DNA of 64,000 bases. It comes from Trypanosoma brucei. Its lineage: Eukaryota. The translations under genes were made by a program, and so were the position numbers. The notes below the pieces were generated by a model that saw only the letters and a program-made list of their open reading frames with translations, did not search any database and was not told the origin of the DNA. The DNA lies in contig AE017150.2 in assembly GCA_000002445.1 (NCBI GenBank), positions 192,001 to 256,000 of the forward strand. The letters run 5' to 3'. This document shows, piece after piece, positions 48,746 to 62,761 of the stretch (within the stretch, counting starts at the first letter, position 1; the number at the start of each line of letters is the position of its first letter).

Positions 48746-51700
48746 TATTTGATCCATTGTTTCACTTTGTATAATTTAACAACTTATTGCTGAGAACACG
48801 TTACTAAATTTAACAGCCAGTTCGAGTAGCTATTTACTGTAGGCACTATTACTCAAACAGATACCACTAACAATTCACATGGATGATATTGTATGTTACA
48901 CTATCTTAAATACGAGAAATACGAGGATTTTATTAGAGTCATGTAAGCGTTTAACAAATTAGTAAGTCATACCAATCATATATTGTGAAGAATAAAGAAC
49001 AGTTAGGAAAGTGTGTGTATGTATGCACAAGGCTTTTTTCTCAGTGGAAATTTGTATTTTAGTTGTAAGCGTAGTAAATATTGTATTATTCTCGTTCATA
49101 TTACAACTATACCAAATGAACATATCATTATTTTGCATGCCCTTCTAACTTTATGACTACACATCCACACACATATATATTGAATTATTATTATTATTTC
49201 TATCGTTCTTATTGTTATTACATGAAACACAACATTCACATTTAATTTTTACTCATAGCCACACCTGAAAAGTAAAAGCACTCAACATTCTGCAGTACTG
49301 TATATCTGTCAATGATATGAGGAGGTAAAGTTTATATACCATTAAAGTATAGTGAATATATTTCATTATTCTTATTATTATTTGCTTTACTGAAAGAAAT
49401 GACAGAGTGACTTTACAATAAATTATATCAGAGCAGCATGTTGTGCACCAAGTTCTTACATGGGAAACGATAATACAACACATTACGTGTCTCATGATTC
49501 TTTTTTACACTTGCCACTGGTATATCTACATTCTCAAACAGTGCGATTCAATATTCTCGTTTCATTAAAATATTATATTATAACTTGTTGTATTTGTTTG
49601 GTTTTGTAATAGCATAATTTATTTTACTACATTTCCTTTCAGAAATATTTGTGCCAAACTTTTGTAAAGATGTCATACATTCCGAATACCCTTGCGCAGC
49701 AAAGGGTTGTGTACCACATTAATTCATTAACATTTGTACTACATGTGCATGGTAAAGTGTATTAAACATTTCACTGGTTTTGGGAAATATTATTTTCTTT
49801 CTTACAACATGATGCCTCAGAAGAACTGAAGGCGAGAGCAAATCCTTTCATTTTTTTTATTTTCCTTTTCTTACCGTATCCGTATATGTTTATGACTTTC
49901 CAGAAAACACCGCTGAGGTAAATTATGTATTTCTTCATATTTACTTTTTATTTGACAACAACAACAAAGAGATTTCCTCCTCACACACTTAAATTAATTA
50001 GACACTGCTGTTAACTGATAAGTTACAGACAGCCGCACATTTAAGTTACACAAATCCACACCGATTCGAAATAGTAAAATATCAAATATTATGTATTTAT
50101 TTGAGGAAAAAAAAGAGACGAAAAGCAGCGCTGCATCTGAAGCAAGATGCATGTGAAATCGAAGAACAACTGTCATTTGAATATCACATCCCCAAATTGT
50201 TTCGCTTACATTACTAGCAGTAAATGCTTACGGAACTTGGGAAGTGAATGACTACTGAAATTAAAAGCATGAGGATGCACTGCGATGGCACATGAGAGAA
50301 ACATTAGTGGGATTTTTATATATTGGAAAGTGGAGTGGCTTTAAGGTGTTTTTACATGATGTTTAGTTGGAGATTGAAATACTTCATGAAATAGTGAAAG
50401 ACTGTTATGATACAGGAATTTTTTCGTTTACTAATTTCAAGCGCACTTCCACGACGCACCATTTTCGGTTTACATTGCAAGAAGTGGTATGATATTTGCA
50501 ACCGCTTATTTCTTATTTATTTATTTTTGCGAGTTTATATAAGTGTGGTCTGGTGGCGTGGAAAATTTTAGCATGTGGTTAATGTCTTTATGACAAGAAA
50601 CTGCTCTGCTCGAGCGATGGTATTGGAAGGTTAAATATAAATTATATGCTTTATGAGTTAATCAAATGCTGAATGCTGCGACTGACTGACTCTTCAAACA
50701 AAAACACTTTCTCAGCTTTTCCACTCTGAGCTAAAAATGTAGTTCAGTTTCCAAACAGCACACCACATCTCATTCACCATCGGGTGAAGAAATATTTTTG
50801 TATGGGCAACACGAAAGTGGAGAAGTGCAGAAAGTAGAAATAAAGAATATAAATATATGTATTGAATTATGTTGGAACTGCAGCTATCATTCAACCTAAG
50901 AGCAAAAACACCTTTCCTTCTGTTGTGACCCGCAACCATGCCGTGATGAAGTTACAAATGGAAGGAGTTGACTCAAATCATTCATCACCTAATATCTGTA
51001 ATATGAATATTTTTGTTGAGAGATATTCGTATGTTAATGAGAGACCATTATGCAGAGGGAAGAACAACCGACGACTGCAACCTAAAACCCGTAATTTGCG
51101 AACTGTGATAAACTTTAATAGTTTCATTTTATTATGTAAAGATGGCATCAGCAGATTATACTTGTAAGCTGTTTGAAGTCAAAACAACGATACACGAAAG
51201 GGAATGTGCAAGTGGTGATTTAAATCGTATGTTTATGAGAAATTTGTATTGTGAATCAACTGTTGAAATATGTTGCGCGACATTAACAGCAGATGTTTTT
51301 TTTTTCATATTATTCTTCTTTTCTTTTCTTTTTTTTGCTTGTTTGTCAAACAATCTGAGGTTTAGTTGTTATATTCCTGAGTTTCATCATATGTTGCTGT
51401 TTATATAATACTAATCGTTACAAACTAAATATCTGCAGTAAGTATATTAAAAACACACGATTTGTCGCCACCTCTTGTTTAATTTCTCTTTATTCAAACG
51501 GCACTTTCTTTTAATCTTGTAAATAATGTTTTTATCGTTGTTTTATTTGTTTGCACACTTAATCCTCTGCGCACGCTGTTGTATTTATTTGCTTCTACAC
51601 GCTCGCAAAAAAAAAATATATATATATATATATCATTTTGAAACAAATCGCGGTTGCGACTGATGTTTGTTTTGTTTGCATCGTATTATACGTGGAATGT

Positions 51701-53489
51701 AAGATTCGTTGATTAAACATTTCATGACGCATCATTACCGAGTTGTTGTCATGAATTCATAAATAATCATGAGACAGGTTTTTACGACTCATACTCCCTG
51801 CATAAATGCAATGCACTGAAGGAATGTAATTTTATTTATTTATTTATTTATTTTTATTACTATCATTATTATTGTCAGAATTAATATTCAGGTTTTCATC
51901 CATCACTATTTTATTTTTGATATTTTTTTCCAACATCTGTTTCAAGCAACATGGTCGATTGGAAATAAAGTAAACATCAATGGTTGGAGAAACTTTGATT
52001 TGCTTTGAGCGTGCAGATGCGCAAAGTTCAAAAGGTTTCAAAAAGGTGATGGGAAAGTTTAACCATATTTTTTTATTACTGAATTATTTCTCTCAAATGC
52101 TTTTTTTCTTTTGTATTGCACTTACATTCAAAACCAATTGGGAAGCGCTCTGAAGGCAGTGAAGTGGCGTATGAAAATATTTGCGTATTGGCGTTTTTTT
52201 AACGTGTGATGATTACGTTCCTAACGGTGATGGAAAAAATGTAACATATGAATGTGTGTTCAATAATAATAATAATTAAATGCCAAGTTCTCTTACTTTC
52301 TGTATCAAACAGTGAGTCTGTTTTCTAATCTCATTTTTTTAAAATGCGTATCGAGGTTTAGGAGGCACAATGTTGCTTAAAACTCAACTCTCACGAAAAT
52401 GACACAAATTAAGGGAAGCTTCTACCGCACCCACCATTTCCATGTGTGCAACAGTAAGCGAGTCATTGTAACAATTTTTTTGTTGCGCGTGTGAAGTGTG
52501 AAATCCTCATGAGAACTCAAAATTTACCACAATAATACTCATTATACAAGGTTCTTTGAGTGGGGAAGGCGGCGCAGACTCAAATATCCAAAACAATTTA
52601 TTTTCCCATATGGCGGAACGAACGGAAACTGTCGTGAAACACACACTACAAAGCGAGAAAAGTATATCTCCGGGTGCCGATACTCTCGAACGATGTGAAC
52701 ACAAACCCCTTATTTACGAACAGGAGGCTTTAGTTTGTTTATTTGTTTGTTTGTTTTTGAATCCATTCCTCACATCAGCGTCCAACATTAAATACAGGGA
52801 ATTCAGAACCTTTATCATGATCATTATTGCTGTGTCTTGTAAGATGACACATATTTTATGATAGGAACTTACTGGGCACCAGCAGCCAACAAAAGAAATA
52901 CGAAAGAACACAACAGTGATAGACATATATTACCTTGAAGCTACATGTGTACGTTTGCACGGAATTAGCTCAGTGATGTTTGCGAACTCAGAGAATAAGG
53001 AAAAGCGACAGTCAGATGAAATGAATAAAATACCAAATGTCGTGCATCAATTAATGTATTTGAAAATAGAATCTCATGCTGTATAGTCCTTAGAGGCATG
53101 AAAATAGATTCAATAACGCTAAGGCGTGACAGCAATGAGGCATGCGTTTATCAACATGCGTTGAAGGCGGGGGAAATGTCAGTGAATACCTGAGGAAGCG
53201 CCAAAACTATTTTTTTTTAATGGCCACAAAATGCTGCAGTAGAGCACTGTGGAAATATTTTCATTGGATAGAAAAATGTGTAAGGAAAGGTTACCGAACT
53301 TTATTGGAGGTTTATAAATGTTTTATCTGAGTAACCATGTGCGTGCTTTAGTACAGGAATACCTTTGCGATAAAGCTTCTATTTCCTTTAAAAGGAAACG
53401 GTAAGAAGTTACATTAGTTAAAAGAGTAAAACAAATATTTTAATCAAGAACAATATTCAATATTTTGCTTCAGGACAAAAAAATACTTA

Positions 53490-55458
53490 TTCTGGGAGAA
53501 AAGCGTCTGAGGGGACGTGAAGCAAGAGTTGATAATGTTTTCAGTTTATATGGCTCCGTATGCAATGCAAAGTGAAGTCACATTATAATGGACAACGAAA
53601 CTCAACTGCTCGGGATGGAGTTTGTTGATGGAACGCGTAGTGGCAATATAATGTGGAAGGATGAAGAACTTAACGTTGTCCCTGAAATTGAGGAAGCTGT
53701 TGAGAAGAAACCAGAGTGCAGGGAAGAAGTTGAAGCAATGGTTCCAACATCTCAAATGGGGTGATAATAAGCCAAGTTTACCGACGGAAGTAACAAAAAC
53801 ATATTCATCCATAGAGAAGAGCTCCGCGTATGGAATGTTGTAAGGAATGGAATTGAGTTATGGCGTACGCAACGTGTTATGTCAAGATGTCCTTATTTTT
53901 TACGATCATACGCTGCCATTGGTAACCCGGGGATTGGACAATCTCAGAATTTTGGTTCTTTCATCCTCTACAAGTTATTGCATTAGGATGCGGAAGAGTT
54001 ACCTGTTGTTGCGTACTTCCGTGGCAGCATAGTGTATACATTTGAGAAATTAGGTAATGGTGGCTTTGACAGAGTTAAAATGTACAGTAAAGGTGCAGCA
54101 ATGGACTCTCTCATGGTTATATCATCTAATACAGGTGGTTATATTATTTATGACTTCGTCAACAAAGGTGAGCAGCCACCGGCAGAAGTGGCTCCAAAAT
54201 GGGGAAGCATTTTGATCAGTTCACCCAATTTGAGAAATTTTGACAGCTGGCAAAAGCAACGTAAAGGCGCGTTTATTGTTGTTAACTGCTGGGAAATGAG
54301 TGAAATGCGGGCCTTCTTCTCACGTATTGGACCCAAGCTTTTTCCTCAAGCCACGCCCGTTGAGTTGAGGGAAAAGTGGAACATGTATGAGAGCCGTGTG
54401 GAGCATGTTGGACCTTCACTTCGTTATGTGTTCGATGAAGCAAAGCATGCCACGCGTGAGGACGACATAGACAAAGAAATAAATTCCATCAAGTCCCATA
54501 AGCGGCGTGAACTCTATATTGGCGTGGTGGGTAACAAAGGCGAATGGAGAGAAAGTGACGAGTCTCACAAACTCGTGAAGGTTGTTCGTGCCTGTGGGAG
54601 AAACAATAGTGAGATATACATATGCGTACCTCACTCTGAATCCATAAAGAAGAGAATAATTGAGAAACTGAAATAACCGCTCAAAATTTAGCTCGGTTGG
54701 CGGGGCTTATTCCTACCCGTGAGATAATTCCAGCTTTATTTGAGTACAATGCTATAAAAGCACTTGGATTTCCCAAAGTGTTGAGTATCATCACTCAAAT
54801 GACCAAACCACTGCCCGAAAGGGGAGTGAGGGAACAGGAAATTGCGCAGAATATCAGTGTCTTGAGGCATGTAGAGGAGAAATACCTGAACTTTGGAAAT
54901 GCTGCCGATTTTACAGACGGTTATGGCATGGTAATACGTTCCCCAAGTCTCTTTCAGGCATACAAGGCGCTTCCTAACTTCCCTGTTTTGGATGCCTTCT
55001 TTGTTGTTGACCCTGATGCAATTGCTGAGGATAAAAAACAACAGAGAAGAGAAAAAAAGACAATGGTGATGTTGCAGTACACAACTGCTGAATCGCATGA
55101 TACGAAGACAGGAACAGTCCTTGACATGCTGAAGAAACTTTTAAATCCAACCACTAATCCAAGTGATGAATATTGGAAAGAAGTTATGGGGCAGTATCAA
55201 TGGGAAATAATTTATGTTCAGCACCCTGACGCCACTCCAATGAGAGTCAAGCAGCGATGTGATTTCACAGATGGTAAAGCAGATGATGAAAACCACAGGC
55301 ATGTTGAAGTGTTTTGGAAAAATGATCTCAAACAATACTTCGTCAAATTTGACGTTAATATTGTTAAGGCATTAACCACTGCACTTTGTGCGGAGCTGAA
55401 TGGTGCCACACCTCCACCAGCTGCGCACGAGGCAAGAGAAGTGGCGAATAGCGAATAA
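53490..55458 (+). pseudogene. RHS: RHS pseudogene (675-aa type). It is 5'-truncated, with internal stops, frameshifts and deletions.
   Basis: A degenerate LYGSVCNAK.SHIIMDNETQLLGM (matching LYDSTYNAKWSYIIIDDGTQPLGM) is followed by ORFs 54032..54676 and 54697..55458, near-identical to 13540..15567 (GSILISSPNLRNFDSWQKQRKGAFIVVNCWEMSEMRAFF, FPVLDAFFVVD, WEIIYVQH). Confidence 0.8.
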
Positions 55459-56937
55459 TAATGATGAAACAGAGGTTACGGAATATACGGAAAGGAAAAG
55501 TTGTGGTAAATGTCCTTTCAGCCAAACCTGACGCCAATGGAGTTGTGCACTCCGAATCAAAGTTGAGGTGCAATCAGCATAAACAACTAATGAGTGCGTA
55601 CCATTGTGCCAGAATTGATTAATTTTATTTATTTTTTTGCCATTGTTCAGCTCAGAATGATTAACATTACATATGGAAATCATTTGTCGTAGGAATATGC
55701 GTGTTGATGGAAACACTGCGCTATCGTTTATATCATATATTAATAGTTGATTTCATAACTTTAACCCCTTATTATGTTTTCTCTTGATAATTTTTATTTT
55801 TATGAAAAGGAAATAACATTTTGTATTGTGTGTGCTGTTGGAAATGATGCATTCAAAATCTCATTGGTCGTCTCATTGTATATGTTTTAATAACTGTTTC
55901 ATGTATTTCCTACATCTCTTTCTACCATTGTTATTTACGATCAGCGTATGTTTGTGATTATGTAAAGGGTTTCTTGCGTGACGTGACATCATTTTACTTA
56001 TCGTTAATTTAGTGCAGTGGTATTATTTTAAGTTTCCAATTATGCAAGCACTTCATTATTAGTAACATGGCATATATCTTATTTCTTCACTCTATCTTTC
56101 ATGTCATTACTTCAAATCACATTGAGTTCAGAAGCGCCGAGTGAAAAAAAAAAAAGGCATGTAGTGGGGGCACTTTCCCCAATCATTGACGAAATGATGA
56201 TGCTCAATTGTCAGCCAGTAACTTCTCCAACTGTGACGCACAGTTTGTCATTTTTAATTGAAAACAAAAAAAAAGTGACATGTTGAAATATGCTTAGTAA
56301 CCAATACCATTCGTTTTTCTTACCATTACTTTTCAACCGTTGGAATCTCCCAAAACAATTGATCATGATTTTAGATTCATGAGTGAAATACTTTAGGAAC
56401 TGCATGTGTGCGTGTCTGATCCTTGTGTATATGCTCATGTATGATCTCGAATCAGTGGAACATGTCGTCAAGGGCTAACGTGAAAAAGACTGAGTGGATC
56501 AGGTTATATATATTTATATATATATTTGTATTGTGGTGACTCTTTGTTTCTAACCTTCCTCTTTACCTTCATCGCTTGTTGATTTTTTATTATTTGTTGT
56601 TTCATTTTCTTTGGATGAACAATCATGTGTGTAAACAATATGTTTTTCCTGCATTGTGTATAGGTGTAATTACGGACTACACGAAACTCATCAATTTGTT
56701 TGACGCATGGTCGCTGAGGTAAATGTTGACACAGATATTGTATTTTAGGGATTGACCTTCATATAGGGATAGTGAGTATTACCAAATGAGTTACAGTAAG
56801 TAAATCCTGATTCAATTGAATCCTTTTAATATTCTTTTTTTTTGCGCTATTATCGTATTATTTTTCATCAGTCACTCCATTTCAATTATTTTTAATCATA
56901 AAGTAAAGAAGGTTGAGTTAATAATATTAAAAGAGTT

Positions 56938-57162
56938 ATGTCAAGAGCAAATAGTCCCGCAGCTCCACAAGGAAATAATGAAAATCAACAAGTGGCAGGT
57001 AATATTGAAGGGCCCATGAGGAGGCCACGGGATGAAAATGTACCGCCTCCTCCTGCTGCTGCTCAGCCTCCACAAATACGGCAGAGAACTGAAGGGGGGC
57101 CCAACTGGACGATGAACAGTGAGGTTGAAGATGTATTGCTGCAACGCTATGCGGCTTTGTAA
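56938..57162 (+). pseudogene. RHS: RHS N-terminal fragment (MSRANSPAAPQ module, 74 aa), truncated at ~57160
   Basis: MSRANSPAAPQGNNENQQVAGNIEGPMRRPRDENVPP...GGPNWTM reads on to a stop where intact copies continue LEDYAGL. Confidence 0.75.
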
Positions 57163-57164
57163 TT

Positions 57165-57654
57165 TTTTCGCTGTCAACCCTTTGAACATAAATTATTTCC
57201 CATACCATATCATTGGAAAATTTGTCCCAATGTTTGAAGTAACTTCGCAAATACTTCTTCATCTTAAATAACCCACTGGTGCTGCAGTATTGTTTATCGG
57301 AAATTGTGAATTGCAGTCCCACAAAAGTCTTCGGGTTCTCAACAAAAAAGAACGCATCAACAACTGGGAAATTTCCTGATTGCGGCTTGTACAAAATCAT
57401 GTATTCAATTTCAGTTCCAGCTCTAATTGTAGAATCATGAGCAACCTCAATCAAAGGATTCGTGAGTCTTGCTTCTTGCAGCACCTGCAGCACACTTTGT
57501 GGAGTTTGATTCCTAGCAAATGAGAGGCCCCGTAACTCCTTTGCCAACTCAATTAGTGCATCCTCATGCGACAATACTTCAATGTCACTCTTCTTGAAAC
57601 GATAAGCAGCGAGGGTACGGTTAGACAGCAGTTGAGATACTAAAGCAGACTTTT
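57165..57654 (-). pseudogene. RHS: Divergent RHS C-terminal-domain fragment, in frame with the upstream ingi fragment
   Basis: Part of the 275-aa ORF 56936..57763 (minus). YMILYKPQSGNFPVVDAFFFVENP and NDMVWEIIYVQRVD match the RHS C-terminal signatures (PVVDGFFFVEG/WEMIYI; PVADAFFIVDD/WEIIYVQH) at roughly 30-40% identity. Confidence 0.6.
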
Positions 57655-57724
57655 CCTGTATAAAAGGTGCTAATCTCTTTCCTTGAGATAACCCGGCGCA
57701 GTTCCACTGCATCCCGCGCAACGA

Positions 57725-57748
57725 CGGGCCGGGATTCTCTTCCACATC
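57725..57748 (-). other. 2A-like self-cleaving peptide motif DVEENPGP at the ingi ORF1 N-terminus
   Basis: Direct translation. D(V/I)ExNPGP is the canonical 2A motif known from L1Tc and ingi. Confidence 0.7.
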
Positions 57749-57909
57749 ACTGGACAGCAGCATCTTAGTGGGGATGATACTGCTGATGGCACGCTAGCCA
57801 CGTGCCCAGGGACCGACAAATGAAAAACGGTGTCCCAGCAAGACGCTGCTGATCCCTGTGCTGTATGATGCCGTAGCCGGAGCACAGCAGTGTTCCCCAT
57901 GAAAGGAAC

Positions 57910-57988
57910 GCTGCTGGCTCTTGGCTTCCCCCGATGAGACGGGGCACTGGACCCTGACACCACCTTGATGTGGCCAGCATCACCAGGG
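57910..57988 (-). promoter_or_regulatory. Pr77-like 5' hallmark of ingi
   Basis: First ~79 nt of the element. Function is inferred from the literature. Confidence 0.4.
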
Positions 57989-60900
57989 TGTGTAAAAGGT
58001 TTCAGTCGATCTGAAATAGCTTCCCCCGTGTAAGATGAAAGTGGCTTGCAGCGATGCGTATCATTCCACGTAGCTGAGTGTCGATAATCCTCAAGCTACT
58101 TGATACTTTTTTACTCTCTTCTTACATTTCCCTTTCCTATTAGTATTTTTTTGTTTATACAGAGCGATACGACAGAACATTGTAAAACGAGTGTGAAGGG
58201 TCTGGCTTTATTTGTGTGGCTGTGGTGAAGGCATGTAACTTCCTCTCCCTCTTGTTGGGTCATTTCATTATGCCTCACCAATTACATCATATACTTCTTG
58301 CCTTTTCTTCTTTTACTCCACTCAAGAGAACCTTAATTTAAAGATACAAATAGGGACACGTATGCTGAGCACTTGTTCTCTCCTTTCTTTACGAGAGAAT
58401 TATTTGATGCATCATAAGCATTAAAGGAGACGTTTCTCCACATCTGCAGGTATCTTCATTTTACAATGGGAAACAACAATATCAGAACATGCACGCATTT
58501 ACAGTTCTACAAGGCCAGAGCTCACTCTTGACTTTTAGCTGAATATATATATATATATATATACCAATATAAAAATAAATATTTTTGCGATGATAATGCA
58601 AAATAATATAGTGCTATACATTTATGGAAGATCAAGGACATTTATGTTTTTGTTCTCATAATATTTTACACATGATGAGTCACAGCAGTCTTTATTTGTT
58701 TGTGCAGGTGCAACTTATGTGTCTGCGATATGTATGCTGGTGTTATTCGTTTGAGTTGTTTATTGGGTGTGAATAATACCTTTGCTAGGGATTATACTGC
58801 ATGTGTTCACTAAACCATCTTAATGTGTTTGTTTTTATTGAAAGCTTGCGTTGAGAATGTTTTGGGCTTATGTTTTCTCATAATACTCAACTATTCTTTT
58901 ACTCTCGCACTGAAGCTCTATGCAAGAAGGAAGGTGTAAGTTTAAAAAACTTAGTTTTGAAGTGCCAAACATGTCCACTTCAGTACACCCATCACTAACG
59001 GAAATTACAAATCTTCACAGAGTGGTGAGTTTGAGTGGGAGTTTCCGAACTGGCGGGAAGAGATGTGAATGTACGAAGTAAGAACAGAAGAATATCACCT
59101 GATGTGTTCTTTTTGAATTTTTATAAAGCAACCAGACACGATGTTACACATATGGTCAAGTGAAGTATTGCACTACAACTTGTCAAATAAACAAATTTGC
59201 AGCAACTAAAGGGGAATAAATGCAACAACAGGTCCCTGAAGCATGGAGTTGAGTGGTCTTTAATTATAGCATAACCAAAGCTTCACAAAGGAAACACCTT
59301 GAAAAACATTCTACAATGGGAAAGTAAAAACCATGCAGGAGGAAGTCACCTGAAAGGGGTGGGGAATAAAACGGTGCGTCACTCTTTTTAAAAAATACAG
59401 CAGTCCCTCAGCAGCTGAGGATTGAAAAAGGAAAATGGAGTGACACCAAGAGCACTTTTGCAACCAATAGTAAACTCATTGGTGAAAGGAGTTATTATTT
59501 TTATTGCAGTTCCCACACAAAGCTGTCCGTACATTATGGCATTGGTTTCAGGAACCAACAGAATAGCAAAGTGAATGTGGCCGAGGACTAAAACATGTGA
59601 GCGATAGGAATTCGTCATGTGGAGTTTTTATGCATTGGCGGAAAATCATTACCGAACGACAGCATAGGATGTAACTGCACTTCTATTTGTTGTTGTAAGT
59701 TTACGACTCTCAGAGAGCAACGCCATTTCAGTACAGGAGAGCTCTTCCATCATCTCTATTGGACACACCGACGCGGATGTTGTTTTTGGGTCCGTCTTTA
59801 CAGTACGGTAACAGGTGAACCCATCAAACAAACACAACACATGTTGTAATGGGGATTCGATAATATCTTGCAGGAAGTTCCGTCCAGAGTGGTATCCAGT
59901 TGCAATATCAATGGAATGAATTACATCCAGCCATTTGATGGCAAAAAGAAATTACACAGCTCCAAAAAAAGAGCAAAATGTTATACCACACTCACACGAA
60001 AAGCAAGCCTCAATAGTGGATTTTTTTGGGAACCTTCCAAAGAAATTCAAAAGCGATACCCACATACTCACACGATGCGTAATTATCAACTGGGAAAAGG
60101 ATATTGCCAGTGTGAGAAAAGTCATAGGGAGGAACCCAGTGGAAAGGGAAAAATCATAGCCATTACCACAAAGGGGAAAAGTGACACCATACTGAAACGA
60201 CCACACGTAATGATAGAACATCCCATAAAGAGAAGAGCACTGCTGACACGCGCAGCGGCAGTAGTTGCAATGGAACACAACATTGACAACATATTATTAA
60301 TACAATTGGGAAAGCACATCTACACAATGGAACTTCCACAAAGCACAGTGCGGTATTTCAAATGTGTGACAGCTGCCGTCAGCAAGTCGATTCTTTTAAT
60401 GTTTTTGATGTAAGATACAATTGGAAGAAATGTGCAGCCTCAGTGTGAGGGAAGCCGGGACTTATAACAGGGAATACCTTTCCAAATTATTGAGGGCACA
60501 ACATTCCTTGACACTCACAAGGGAAAACAAAGGTGACATCACGGGATGAGGAAAAAAAAGACTTCACCTCTCCAATAGGAAATGAATGTGGGAATGATTT
60601 CCCTTCCGTGGATTTGACAGAGGATGATGCAAGCAGCGAGTAAACAATTTGATGAGGTTTGGAGAACTATGAATAGCACAGATGATGTGGAAAGAGAAAG
60701 TATAAAACAAGGAGTCTGAATTGCACATTGCAGAAAAGTATGCCCAAATAATGAAGCAGCCGCGTATCATTGGCACAGTTTCAGAGAGACATACGACAGG
60801 ATGGGTTGTGCGCCATTCTTTGTGATGGAGGAAAAACAGAATTGGAAGAAGGCGTTGATTTATTGCATGACCAAAGGCTAAAAAGAGCAGGGATGATTGT

Positions 60901-61562
60901 GAGGCATATGTCCCATTGTGTCACTTTTCCCAGTTGATAATTACTCTCCATGACCAGTCGGTGGCAGTGTTTGATCTAAAGTCATTTCTCTCCCAAGTGA
61001 AGTTGCCTGAGGATATTCGGGTGAGGTTCCGATACGTTAGCGAAAATGAGGAACTATTGAATTTGAATCGACTCCCCATCAGTTAATAAAGGAAGCACTG
61101 GAGTTTTACACACCATCACAAGGGTCTTTTCAGGGGGAGCATATGTCGTGAGGCTGCAGCAGGCGACCCCTGAAAGATTGAGGACTCAAACATGGATATG
61201 CAACATATGTATTAGTGTGAGGCACATGACGTGGTTAAATGTCGTGGAAACAAAATAGTTACGAACATGGAGGAATGTGAGGCATACTATCATTGGTGAT
61301 TTGCAAAAGATGACACAACAATGTGATTTCATTGGAGTTTTGGTTTAACCATGAAAAGCAGACAGTATTGCTGGGACAACGAAAGTGACACAACAATTAC
61401 GAGTATCCCTTGCTATATGAAAAAAACTACCATAGAATAAATGGAAACTGTTGTATCACGCATGATGTACGTGGCAGCAGGAGTGAGAAAAAACAATAGC
61501 TTTCCCCTTAATACTACTACTGCTACTTATTTTTTTAATGAAAACCTGCATTACGAATGGTT

Positions 61563-62106
61563 TTGGACTTAGGAGTGCAGAGTATTATTTTGTACGGTTA
61601 TATTTCTCTAAACACACCTGTACTCCCCGTTTATTTACACAGCTGTCTGCAAGAGAGTGAAATTTTTAGAAAGCCCACACAACACAACTCTCTTCGCCAC
61701 GCACAGGAGACGGGTTAAAGACGCTTTCAGACACTTCCGCTTCGTTAGTAAATTATCGTTTCAATTCATATTTTGTGTAGGATAATGAGGAACGCTTACT
61801 GTTTATCCAGCATGATAATTATTTCGTATATCTTTCTTGTCGGTAGTAAAAAGGGAAGGTAAGAACTAAACTATTCATTATTTGTTATTATTGCTGTTGA
61901 GAGCTATGACTATGAGAGATGGCTTAGGTAGGATGTATGAAATGCGTCACTATATACTTTATTGAAGGTGTGACGGTACAGAGCGATTCAAAATAAGAAT
62001 TGAAGGAAATAACGATTAAGTGATATAAGTTTTCTCAGTTATTTTACTATTGTTTGTGAAGTACGCCTATTTGAATTGAATCCTCCGCTTGAAGGAAGAT
62101 ATTAAC
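61563..62106. repeat. Dispersed repeat B, copy 2. It is the reverse complement of 23610..24157.
   Basis: Sequence comparison. Confidence 0.8.
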
Positions 62107-62137
62107 GATCCAACAATATTAGATCACCGAAAGGATC

Positions 62138-62441
62138 AGATGCCATTAGGAATGTAATAAATTAGTGCATGAGTGAAATATTCAAATGTTGGTGTTCAAT
62201 TCAAATTATAACCTCTGCACTATGAATGTCTCTCGATGTTTATAATTTGAGAGAGCAAAAGTGACGGCGCTACTATTTATTTCTTCCAGTTCATGAATAC
62301 ATATACACACATATATATATATATAATCAGATGTGACATGAAAAATCATTTAAGCATCAGGTATGAGCATCTTTCCATTCATTTAAACTAAGACGATACA
62401 ATAAGGTAAGGTTAGGCTGAAGTGAAGGTATTATAATGTTA
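62138..62441. repeat. Dispersed repeat A, copy 2. It is in direct orientation relative to 23313..23613.
   Basis: Sequence comparison. Confidence 0.8.
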
Positions 62442-62761
62442 TTGGTTGGTGAGGCATCACAATATTGAATATTGAAACAGCATATTTCCCTCCAGTTATC
62501 CTTATTTCATTTTTTTGTGATTAATTAACACTTATTCGGTGACGCCGTTGGGGAAAATCTTTTTATTATTTGAATGAATTGCTTACGGAAGTTGTAACAA
62601 AACGGACACATACGCACACTCCTCTAATTAATGTATATGTGATTAGTATGTTATACATTCCAGTTCTGCTCTTACCAACTTTATTATGCTCTCTTTTGAC
62701 CAGTAATTCAAAATCCAGAGAAGCTATTCAGTAAAAAAAAAAAAACAGTCTCAAGCAACCG

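Larger units (their letters stand above)
57655..57988 (-). mobile_element. ingi 5' end. It has the 5' UTR/Pr77, the ORF1 start MLLSSDVEENPGP (2A peptide) and the first endonuclease residues MQWNCAGL. It is 3'-truncated.
   Basis: CCCTGGTGATGCTGGCCACATCAAGGTGGTGTCAGGGTCCAG... is about 90% identical to both RIME 5' halves. The sequence continues beyond the RIME half-junction into ingi-specific coding sequence. The lower boundary is approximate. Confidence 0.75.

Noticed and set aside
59868-60413. 181-aa plus-strand ORF (lysine-rich)
   Set aside because: It reflects the purine (A)-rich strand composition. No domain similarity was recognised and no repeat or homologue occurs elsewhere in the window.
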